Program-made: the position numbers and the translations under genes | DNA from: an uncultured Candidatus Saccharibacteria bacterium | Lineage (GTDB): Bacteria; Patescibacteriota; WWE3; UBA101185; 2-01-FULL-41-18 | Reading direction: 5' to 3' | DNA length: 64,000 nucleotides | Assembly (NCBI GenBank): GCA_964636285.1 | Contig: CAZWQF010000005.1 | Span: 19,167-83,166 of the forward strand | The notes under the pieces: generated by a model | Databases searched by the model: none | The model's input: the letters and a program-made list of their open reading frames with translations, nothing else | Told to the model about the DNA's origin: nothing | In this document: in pieces, positions 19,383 through 26,725 of the stretch | Position numbering within the stretch: position 1 is the stretch's first letter | Layout of the letters: every line of letters begins with the position of its first letter

Positions 19383-20602
19383 GTATTTTTGAGATATTTG
19401 AAGAAAGCATTTTAGTTTTAAGAACAAATAAGATGAGAACGGGACTGTCAGCGCTTGGAATTATTATTGGAATTGCTTCTGTTATAACTTTAATGAGTTT
19501 AGGATCTGCAAGTCAGGCAAGCATTAAACAAAGAATTCAAACATTGGGATCAAATCTTTTGACTGTAAGACCTGGTTCGTTTCAACAGGGATTTTTGAGA
19601 GGGAACTCAGAAGGAGGAAAAACACTAACCAATGAGGATGCAGTTGCTATTGCTACTTCAAATAGAATAACAACAGTAAATTCAGTTGCCATGGAATATT
19701 CGTCAAGATCTCAAGTTTTGTATTTGAGAAACAACACCAATTCGCAAATTATAGGAGTAACTGCAGGTTATGAGAGGCTTAGAAATATTGAGGTTTCTAA
19801 CGGTGCATTTATTTCTGAAACAGATAACACTACTCTTCAAAAAGTAGCGGTACTAGGATCAACAGTGACAAAAACTTTGTTTGGAGATGAAGATCCGTTA
19901 GGAAAAAATATAAGAGTAAATGGAATAACTTTTAGAGTGGTTGGGGTCACAAAAGAAAAAGGTGCATCAGGAGGTGGAGGTAATCCAGATGAGTCAGTTT
20001 ACATACCGCTTCTTACCGCACAGAAATCTTTATATGGAGTTGATTATTTAAGTACTATTTATGTTGAGGCAAAGGATGAGAACAGCATGGAGGGGGCAAG
20101 AAATCAAATAGGTTTTTTACTTTTAGAAAGACATAGAAAAGAAAAGGTAGAGGACGCTGACTTTTCTATCTTTTCACAGTCGGATATTTTGGAGACCGCA
20201 AATAGCATAACAGAAACCTTTACATCTTTATTAACTGGAATTGCTGCAATCTCGCTTATTGTTGGAGGAATTGGGATTATGAATATTATGCTTGTTACGG
20301 TAACGGAACGAACTACAGAAATTGGACTTAGAAAAGCTTTAGGGGCAAAAAAGAAAGCTATTATTCAGCAATTCTTGATGGAGTCACTTGTGCTTACTGT
20401 TCTGGGAGGTTTGGTGGGTATTCTTGTTGGTGTTGGTAGCTCCTACGCACTAACAAAGGCAATGTCACTACCTTTTACTCTTTCAGGCACATCTATTGGT
20501 CTTGCTTTTATTGTCTCTAGTTTAATAGGTGTTGTGTTTGGGTGGTACCCTGCACAAAAAGCATCTAACTTACAGCCTATTGAGGCTTTAAGATATGAGT
20601 AA
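19379..20602 (+). CDS. ABC transporter permease (MacB/FtsX type)
   Basis: GIIIGIASV, GGIGIMNIMLVTVTERTTEIGLRKALGA, PIEALRYE. Confidence 0.94.
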   Translation: MSIFEIFEESILVLRTNKMRTGLSALGIIIGIASVITLMSLGSASQASIKQRIQTLGSNLLTVRPGSFQQGFLRGNSEGGKTLTNEDAVAIATSNRITTVNSVAMEYSSRSQVLYLRNNTNSQIIGVTAGYERLRNIEVSNGAFISETDNTTLQKVAVLGSTVTKTLFGDEDPLGKNIRVNGITFRVVGVTKEKGASGGGGNPDESVYIPLLTAQKSLYGVDYLSTIYVEAKDENSMEGARNQIGFLLLERHRKEKVEDADFSIFSQSDILETANSITETFTSLLTGIAAISLIVGGIGIMNIMLVTVTERTTEIGLRKALGAKKKAIIQQFLMESLVLTVLGGLVGILVGVGSSYALTKAMSLPFTLSGTSIGLAFIVSSLIGVVFGWYPAQKASNLQPIEALRYE

Positions 20603-20626
20603 TTTTTTGAGGGAGGTGAGTTTTAA

Positions 20627-20905
20627 ATGAGTACAACAAACAAAATAATATTAAGTATTTTGGCAGCTGTAATAGTGTCAGGACTTGCAGGTTTTTATGT
20701 GGGTAGGTATTACGAAAGAGAATCGTTCAGAAAAAACTTTGTTTCAAGGCAACAAAACAGAGGTAATGGTGGGGGAATGTTTAGGGATGGCGAGAGAGGT
20801 GGGATGGGCGGAGGTCAAAGAGAAGGTGAGGCAGGTAGGGGCGGTGGGATGATGAATTCAAATAATGCTGGAGAAAAGTCAGGAAGCACCGAAAGTGCAA
20901 AATAA
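20627..20905 (+). CDS. Small single-TM protein with Gly/Arg/Met-rich low-complexity tail
   Basis: SD GGAGGTG upstream, N-terminal TM, GGGM/GG-rich tail; lies at the end of the MacAB operon. Confidence 0.7.
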   Translation: MSTTNKIILSILAAVIVSGLAGFYVGRYYERESFRKNFVSRQQNRGNGGGMFRDGERGGMGGGQREGEAGRGGGMMNSNNAGEKSGSTESAK

Positions 20906-20912
20906 GCGTCTG

Positions 20913-21932
20913 CTAATTTAGGGTAGTGAACCAGGAGATGAACTGTTTCCTGGTATCTGGGTTACTTCTGAATCCCATATGTTTTCCGGAGGGGTCCGCG
21001 ATAAAAATATCCACGATTCCTCCGGAGCCCTCCATCAATTTTCTAGCATTTTGAAATTGTTCACACATTTCTGTTCCCCATTCTTCATCTTTCATTCCGC
21101 AGTACATAAAAAAGTGGTGATTATTATAGGCACTGCTACCTAATGTTCCTGCATTAAGTTTTGAAAAAAATAAATCAGCCGAAGGATTTGCGCTTTTTGC
21201 TTCGATTTTACTATTTATTGGAATTCCTCCTGACATGTTTGCTGTTCCTGTAAACCAGTTTTTATCGTTTTGATCAAGATGTGTAACTTCATAGCTGACT
21301 GCTGATCCTCTACTAAAGCCGTGAAGTACATAAATTTGCGGGGTAATCCCCTTCTGAGTTTTTAGGTATTCTAAAACAGGATTGAGCGCACTCATTATTT
21401 GTGATGCTGTCATGTATGTTTTTGATTCTTTATTGAACCATTGGAGTCCAACTAATGTGTATGAGTGCTTTTGAGCTTCTGAAAGTTCATCCGCAACTTC
21501 ATAGTAGGCTTTTCCATCAGTGCCGTGCAGAAGAACAAGGAGCCTTGTTGGTTTGGTTTTAGGTTCCCAAACTACCGCAAATGTGTTTGGGTTTGAAATA
21601 TTTAAAACGTATGCTCCGGAATCTAAAAGTGTTTGTGCTTTTTTGTCATTTTCTGAGTAACCAAGGTTGTCCTTTGTAGCTTGGGTTATTGTTGCTTCCT
21701 GAGGTTTTGGTGTGGGAGAAGCTGTTGGGCTATTCGAAGGTTTAGGAGTTGTTGTAGTTGAATTTGGTTTTTGTAAAGAGGGTTTTTGAGAAAATTGTGG
21801 TTTAAATTTTGGTTCGCGTTGTTCTGGTAGTGGGTTAGCTTGATTTGATGATAAAAGATACCAGAATATAAGAGCTGTTGCCGTCAAGAGAATAGTTAAC
21901 GTTACAAAAATTAAAGTAAATTTTTTGGGCAT
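20913..21932 (-). CDS. Membrane-anchored alpha/beta-hydrolase (esterase-like) with Pro/Thr linker
   Basis: LLHGTDG oxyanion region, nucleophile elbow GFSRG, candidate Asp (KDE) and His (GKH). Confidence 0.75.
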   Translation of the reverse strand: MPKKFTLIFVTLTILLTATALIFWYLLSSNQANPLPEQREPKFKPQFSQKPSLQKPNSTTTTPKPSNSPTASPTPKPQEATITQATKDNLGYSENDKKAQTLLDSGAYVLNISNPNTFAVVWEPKTKPTRLLVLLHGTDGKAYYEVADELSEAQKHSYTLVGLQWFNKESKTYMTASQIMSALNPVLEYLKTQKGITPQIYVLHGFSRGSAVSYEVTHLDQNDKNWFTGTANMSGGIPINSKIEAKSANPSADLFFSKLNAGTLGSSAYNNHHFFMYCGMKDEEWGTEMCEQFQNARKLMEGSGGIVDIFIADPSGKHMGFRSNPDTRKQFISWFTTLN

Positions 21933-21987
21933 ATTGTTTATTTATAAAAGATACATTGAATATCTAAGTTTCACAAGAAAAAGGGGT

Positions 21988-22040
21988 GGCCGCACGGAAA
22001 GAAATAAGCGTTGTTTTGCTTTTTTCGTCTCCGTGCGGCC
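21988..22040 (-). terminator. GC-rich hairpin downstream of the GC-rich gene, probable terminator
   Basis: GGCCGCACGGA (21988-21998) / TCCGTGCGGCC (22030-22040) perfect 11-bp arms, followed on the minus strand by ACCCC and a T-rich run. Confidence 0.6.
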
Positions 22041-22046
22041 GTAGTA

Positions 22047-22059
22047 CGAGGTTAGGTTA
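22047..22059. repeat. Left arm of a 13-bp perfect inverted repeat (CGAGGTTAGGTTA)
   Basis: Exact reverse complement of 23381-23393. Confidence 0.85.
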
Positions 22060-22081
22060 GTGCGGGGGGGGGGTTTGAGTC

Positions 22082-23251
22082 TTAGGGTGTAGCTACTTGA
22101 GCCTGAGCTGGGAACTTGATTGTTCCGAGCCACTCGCTCTCGCTAGCTTCACACCTCATAAAGAACACTTCGCCCGACTTAGGCATTTCACTTGACGCTC
22201 CATAGGGCTGTGAAATGCCCTTGCCAAGTGTGAAGACCTGGGTGTCCCCATCTGCAGTTACAAAGGTGACGGTGTCACCCGCGTAGATGGAGAACCAGGT
22301 GTTGACGGCGCTAGGCGTGGTTTGGATGGTATGGCCGTAAAAGCCTCCCATGTAGTACACCACACCAAACTTCACAAGCGTTGGAGCTCCACTTTCATCC
22401 AGGAACGTCTCGTAAACGGGGAATGTATTCCCGTTCTGGATCGTCAACGTTCCCATGAACTTCATGCCCTCCAGTGACTCCATGCTTGAAACCGCGGGGA
22501 TTGGGTTCACCGTGGTCGTTTTCTCAAGTTCCTCTGGAGGCTTTTGAGTCTTGGGAGGGGCTGGAGTTACCGGGGTGGGGCTTGGGGTTGCCGAAGGGGT
22601 CGGCGTGGGAGTGGACGTCTCCGATGGGGTGGGGCTTGGGTTTGGCGTCACGGTGGGCGTGGGTGTCTCTGACGGCGCAGGGCTAGGTGTCACCGTTGGA
22701 GGCTCCGTGGTCGGAGTTGCGCTGGGGTGAGCCGCGGTTGGAGTTGCACTCGCCGTCGTCGTAGGCTCGGCCGTGGCAGATGCCGTAACGGTTGGCGTTG
22801 CGGAAGCGGTGGGAGTGGCTGTGGCGGTGTGCGTTGCCGACGGTGTTTGTGTGGCCGTTGGGGGCACCGGAGTCTTCGTTTTGGTCACCGTGGGCAACGG
22901 CGTGTTGGTGATGGTTGGAAACGGGGTTGCGGTCTCAGTTGGCCGCTTCGTTTCTGTTACCACTTCCGTGGAAGTTGGGATCTCCGTAGCCGTAGGCTCT
23001 GGTGTGCCCGTCTCGCACGAAATTGCCTCCAACGTGGCGTTGCTTCCAGCATAAGCCGGAGCACACAGCACACCCATGGCCTTGCCAGTGGCAATAGCTG
23101 GGGCGAGTGCCGTGCCCACTTCCGCCGGCGCGTTCTCAGCCACATGCTGCGCACTGAGCTGAATACTAAAGATGCCAACGGCAAAAAAAGCCGAAAGCAC
23201 CACACTCGCCACAAAAGCAAAAGCCCTGTGGTCCAAAGAAAATTTGCGCAT
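22082..23251 (-). CDS. GC-rich exported protein: signal/TM, long Thr/Pro stalk, C-terminal divergent sortase-like domain
   Basis: SD AAGGAGG; C-terminal GTLTI..FPVYE, FYGH, AGDTVTFVT, EVFFMRC align by eye with the sortase consensus. Visibly more GC-rich than the flanks. Confidence 0.7.
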   Translation of the reverse strand: MRKFSLDHRAFAFVASVVLSAFFAVGIFSIQLSAQHVAENAPAEVGTALAPAIATGKAMGVLCAPAYAGSNATLEAISCETGTPEPTATEIPTSTEVVTETKRPTETATPFPTITNTPLPTVTKTKTPVPPTATQTPSATHTATATPTASATPTVTASATAEPTTTASATPTAAHPSATPTTEPPTVTPSPAPSETPTPTVTPNPSPTPSETSTPTPTPSATPSPTPVTPAPPKTQKPPEELEKTTTVNPIPAVSSMESLEGMKFMGTLTIQNGNTFPVYETFLDESGAPTLVKFGVVYYMGGFYGHTIQTTPSAVNTWFSIYAGDTVTFVTADGDTQVFTLGKGISQPYGASSEMPKSGEVFFMRCEASESEWLGTIKFPAQAQVATP

Positions 23252-23604
23252 TGTTTTCCTCCTTTGCGCTTTCCTTCGCTGTAATCAGCACTTGCTTTAG
23301 GCTTTAGGGGTGGTCCCTTTTTGCCATGCTGATTCAAGCTTTTTTTACCCGATTATCCCCGGGTTACTGGGGGTTGTTTTTAACCTAACCTCGCTTTTCA
23401 AAGTTCGTGCAAGATAAAAGCGAGAGGGTTGCGTAGCAAATAGAAACTAAAACCAAAATTAAAAGCTCATTAAGCTTAAAGCAGGTTCCTATTAAATTTT
23501 TAAATTGAATATTAAATTGTAGTCTCTATTTGCTACTTAACGCTCTCTATCGATAAGTTGCACAATTTGTACCCTAGTTTGATTGTTGTATCAACTAAAA
23601 GTAC
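23252..23604 (-). ncRNA. Candidate long structured 5' leader / cis-regulatory RNA of unknown family
   Basis: Stems 23569-23604, 23422-23449/23520-23547, 23387-23430 and 23283-23290/23327-23334; several mismatches become G-U pairs on the minus strand. Confidence 0.55.
23381..23393. repeat. Right arm of the 13-bp perfect inverted repeat (TAACCTAACCTCG)
   Basis: Exact reverse complement of 22047-22059. Confidence 0.85.
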
Positions 23605-23610
23605 TTGTGG

Positions 23611-23639
23611 AGTATATCAGAAAAAGGCCAAATGGTCAA
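23611..23639 (-). promoter_or_regulatory. Sigma70-type promoter for the leader and GC-rich gene
   Basis: Minus strand TTGACC (23639-23634), 17-nt spacer ending in TGa, TATACT (23616-23611). Confidence 0.7.
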
Positions 23640-23648
23640 TATTATAGG

Positions 23649-25103
23649 TTACTTCTTGGAATCGGTTTTTTCAATATCAAGGGCAACATTTACAGCATTT
23701 TCAACCCCAACAAGCTTTATTTTCTCCTCTAAGACAAGCTTTACCGGTATGATTACAGATTCATTTTGGTTGGATACATCTATAACTTCGGTAGGTATTT
23801 CCTTTGGTGCAGGAGTTCCTTGAGGTACAAGAACCTCAACCACGTCTGGAGTTACGGCTGTGTTCTTAAGCTCAGTGCCTTCAGGAGTTTTACCCTTTAT
23901 TTTTGCAGACACAGGGATTGATTGAGTGATGTATTTTTCCGAAGAAACCAAAATCACATTCGGTTCAAAATGTACAAGGCTAGTTCCTGCCGGAATAGTA
24001 ACATTTGATTTTGTAAGATTAATTTTATTAAGTCCGCTCTTAACATCGGAAACATCTACATCAATTTTTATATCCCCATCGGAAATCGCAGCAAAAATAG
24101 ATTCTCCTCTTCCCTTTAGAGATACTGAAACCTCCTTTGGACTAAAGTTTTCAATAATTGTATCTTTATTGAGTTTTTCAAAAGTGACTGGGATAGTGTA
24201 CTTTTTTTCTACAATACCCGCTTGATACGCAGAAAAAAACCATACAATCGAGGCCAAACCTACTGAACCCACCTTATACTTTAAATTATGCTTAAAAAAT
24301 CTTAAGAACCATCTTTCCTGCCTATTCGCAAATTTTGAATTAATAAACTTTTCTACTTCTTTTTCGAGTTCCGAAAATTCAATTAATGTTTTCATTTTCC
24401 CGTCACGGCAAATTGAGATTTTCCCTTTTTCCTCCGACACAACAATACACATAACATCGGTTTCTTCAGAGAGTCCAAGTGCTGCACTGTGTCTTGTTCC
24501 ATGTTTTCCAATTTCTTTAAAATTTGTGGAGAGAGGTAGATGAACACCAAACGCATGTATTCTATTGTTATTAATAATTAATGCCCCATCATGTCCTTCC
24601 GAATGAGGGTCGAATATGCTCAACAAAACTTCCTCTGAAATTACGCCGTCAAGTGAAACCCCGCCCTCTAAAAACCTATCAATGCTGTCCTTCCCTTGGA
24701 TTGCAATTAATGCACCGGTTTTGCTCTGAGCCATTTTTACACAAGCCTGTACAATTTCTGTGGTGGTAGGGGATTTTCTTTCCGCTTTTATCTGCCTTGT
24801 TCCAATCAGGCCTATTAGCTCAAGGTATTTTCTAATCTCGGTTTGAAAAACGATTGCAATTATTAGTACCGAAACTCCAGCTAAGTATCTCAGTGCCATT
24901 AAAGTCAGGTATAGATTAAAATTTCTGGCAATAATATACAGAATAAAAGAAAACGAAAGTCCCACAAAGACAAAGTAGTTTTTTGAGGTCCTCAAAAATA
25001 GCACAAGAGAGTATATAAACAGTGCAGTTATAAAAATATCAAGGAAATCAGTTGTATATAAGCTGCCTTTCAGTTCCAAAAGGCTCATTAGTATTTCATT
25101 CAC
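23649..25103 (-). CDS. cdaA: Diadenylate cyclase CdaA fused to CdaR/YbbR-like domains
   Basis: Three N-terminal TM helices, FQTEIRK, TGALI, HDGAL, GTRHSAALGLSE, VVSEE; then a TM helix and two YbbR-like repeats (PKEVSVSLKG; PDVVEV). Confidence 0.88.
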   Translation of the reverse strand: MNEILMSLLELKGSLYTTDFLDIFITALFIYSLVLFLRTSKNYFVFVGLSFSFILYIIARNFNLYLTLMALRYLAGVSVLIIAIVFQTEIRKYLELIGLIGTRQIKAERKSPTTTEIVQACVKMAQSKTGALIAIQGKDSIDRFLEGGVSLDGVISEEVLLSIFDPHSEGHDGALIINNNRIHAFGVHLPLSTNFKEIGKHGTRHSAALGLSEETDVMCIVVSEEKGKISICRDGKMKTLIEFSELEKEVEKFINSKFANRQERWFLRFFKHNLKYKVGSVGLASIVWFFSAYQAGIVEKKYTIPVTFEKLNKDTIIENFSPKEVSVSLKGRGESIFAAISDGDIKIDVDVSDVKSGLNKINLTKSNVTIPAGTSLVHFEPNVILVSSEKYITQSIPVSAKIKGKTPEGTELKNTAVTPDVVEVLVPQGTPAPKEIPTEVIDVSNQNESVIIPVKLVLEEKIKLVGVENAVNVALDIEKTDSKK

Positions 25104-25162
25104 GGCAATATTTTAACAAGTATGAGCTTGGATTGGTAGGATGTATCAATTATTGTTGAAGG

Positions 25163-25810
25163 TTAATTTAATTTATCAACATGTCCAACTAATGTAGTTT
25201 CATCTCCATTTACCACAATACCGCCATTGTCATAACATCCGTAAACAGTATTTTTTGTTACTTTTAAGTAGGGCTCTATATCTTTAAGTTTTTCTTTTGT
25301 AAAGTGGGGGAAGAATTCAAAATCCACTAGAGAAAGACCTGAAAAGTCTATGACTTGTGCCTGGTTATAATTTTTATAATCCCCAAGTGCCCTATGAAAG
25401 TACGCGGTAACCTCAACCGAAGGGGTCATAACCATAGCACCGGCACTAGCACCAATTAATACTTTTCCCTCAGATTTTGCAAAGTTAATAAGAAAGTTCA
25501 AGATATTTTTGTTTTTGATGTTGTTTAAAAGTGTGAAAGTTTGTCCCCCAGATAGGTACACAACATCAGACTCGGTTAGAGCATTCATTTTGCTTGGGTC
25601 AAATTCTGAATCAATATCAAAATACTCAAAACTTGAGAACTCAAAATCAGCAAAATACTCCTTGGCTATGTTGAAGTAATGCCTAGAAGGGTCTGAAGCT
25701 GATGGGATATACGTGAACTTTAAATTTGGTGCAGTTAATAGGCCTTTTACACTTAAGTCCATCTCTTTATTAAGTTCTTTGTTAAGGGTGCTGTAGAAAG
25801 CTAGTTTCAT
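25163..25810 (-). CDS. Peptidase S51 family (peptidase E-like)
   Basis: YIPSAS, YLSGGQT, GASAGA, FFPHF. Confidence 0.87.
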   Translation of the reverse strand: MKLAFYSTLNKELNKEMDLSVKGLLTAPNLKFTYIPSASDPSRHYFNIAKEYFADFEFSSFEYFDIDSEFDPSKMNALTESDVVYLSGGQTFTLLNNIKNKNILNFLINFAKSEGKVLIGASAGAMVMTPSVEVTAYFHRALGDYKNYNQAQVIDFSGLSLVDFEFFPHFTKEKLKDIEPYLKVTKNTVYGCYDNGGIVVNGDETTLVGHVDKLN

Positions 25811-25823
25811 GTGATTTTTAATT

Positions 25824-25897
25824 TGGCTGGGGAGCCTGGATTTGAACCAAGATATACGCCTCCAGAGGGCGCAGTCCTACCGTTAGACGACTCCCCA
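25824..25897 (-). tRNA. tRNA-Gln (CTG)
   Basis: TGGGGAG/CTCCCCA acceptor stem, GCGCC-CT CTG GA-GGCGT anticodon arm, GGTTCAAATCC T arm, encoded CCA. Confidence 0.95.
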
Positions 25898-25939
25898 ATA
25901 AATTAGCAGATGAATTTTAACATAAGGGGCTTTTAGGTA

Positions 25940-26131
25940 CTATTCAGGCACTTGTTCGCTGGTTTCCGCTTGATTTTGAGCAGACTGATCGCCATCGTCG
26001 GCTGTGGGCTTTGCCTCCTCTTCCGAAGCACCATTTTTGTACTCTGAGTAGTTTTTGTAAAAATCTATTGCACCAAAGGAAAAGGTAGCAATGATGGCCA
26101 AAATGGCAAGTATTTTCTTTATCATAGCCAA
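25940..26131 (-). CDS. Small hypothetical single-TM protein with acidic tail
   Basis: 63 aa, KK then hydrophobic helix; fills an otherwise intergenic gap. Confidence 0.55.
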   Translation of the reverse strand: MAMIKKILAILAIIATFSFGAIDFYKNYSEYKNGASEEEAKPTADDGDQSAQNQAETSEQVPE

Positions 26132-26212
26132 TTAAATCCTACCACTGGACTCTCAAAGCAACAAGGAAAAGCTGTGCTTTCCTATTTTTGCCTATCTTGG
26201 TACTATTTACTC

Positions 26213-26725
26213 ATGAAATCTCATAAGCACAAGGAACAAAGAGTAGGGGTTTTTGTTGATGTGTCCAACATGTATTACAGCGCTAAAAACCTTTACGGAG
26301 CAAAGGTGGATTTTAGCAAGGTTTTAAGACAAGCAGTTTCCAACAGAAAACTAATAAGAGCCTTTGCATACGCCATTAAAGCCGATGTTGGTTCAGAAAA
26401 AGACTTTTTTGATGCCTTGTCCATTCAGGGATTTGAGGTCAGGACAAAAGAACTTCAGGTTTTTGTTGATGGTGCAAAAAAAGGCGACTGGGATGTAGGG
26501 CTTTGCATGGATGTAATTAGGCTTATGGATAAAATTGATGTGATGGTTTTGGTATCTGGTGATGGGGATTACATAGATTTATTAGATTATTCGGCTAGTA
26601 GGGGAGTTAGAACTGAGGTCATTTCATTTGGTAGAAATTCATCTAGTAAGTTAGTAGACAGAGCGGATGACTTTGTGGACATGGATAAAGCCCCTTCGCT
26701 GTTTTTGATCAGGAGTCGTGAATAG
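26213..26725 (+). CDS. NYN domain protein (LabA/DUF88, PIN-like)
   Basis: VFVDVSN, KGDWDVGLCMD, LVSGDGDY, ADDFVD. Start at 26213, 6 nt after TGgTACTAT. Confidence 0.9.
   Translation: MKSHKHKEQRVGVFVDVSNMYYSAKNLYGAKVDFSKVLRQAVSNRKLIRAFAYAIKADVGSEKDFFDALSIQGFEVRTKELQVFVDGAKKGDWDVGLCMDVIRLMDKIDVMVLVSGDGDYIDLLDYSASRGVRTEVISFGRNSSSKLVDRADDFVDMDKAPSLFLIRSRE

Noticed and set aside
23305-23322. GGGGTGGTCCC followed by Ts, similar to a T-box
   Set aside because: On the strand opposite the gene, with no specifier stem or amino-acid-related gene downstream.
22474-23337. Overlapping ORFs 22474..22686, 22727..23284, 22773..23054 (+) and 22957..23337 (-)
   Set aside because: Shadow frames of a GC-rich, stop-poor Thr/Pro gene. 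The V/G/A- and R/W-rich translations are what antisense and alternative frames of such codons produce.
22040-23400. CTAACCTCG resembles the 3' end of the c-di-AMP (ydaO) riboswitch, next to a diadenylate cyclase
   Set aside because: The other conserved ydaO elements are missing or out of order, and the copy in the leader is on the antisense strand.
21960-23435. Canonical integron cassette / attC sites
   Set aside because: Core heptamers are present, but L-box spacing is asymmetric, the distal site reads CTTAGAT rather than GTTRRRY, and no integrase is in the window. Kept only as an alternative hypothesis.
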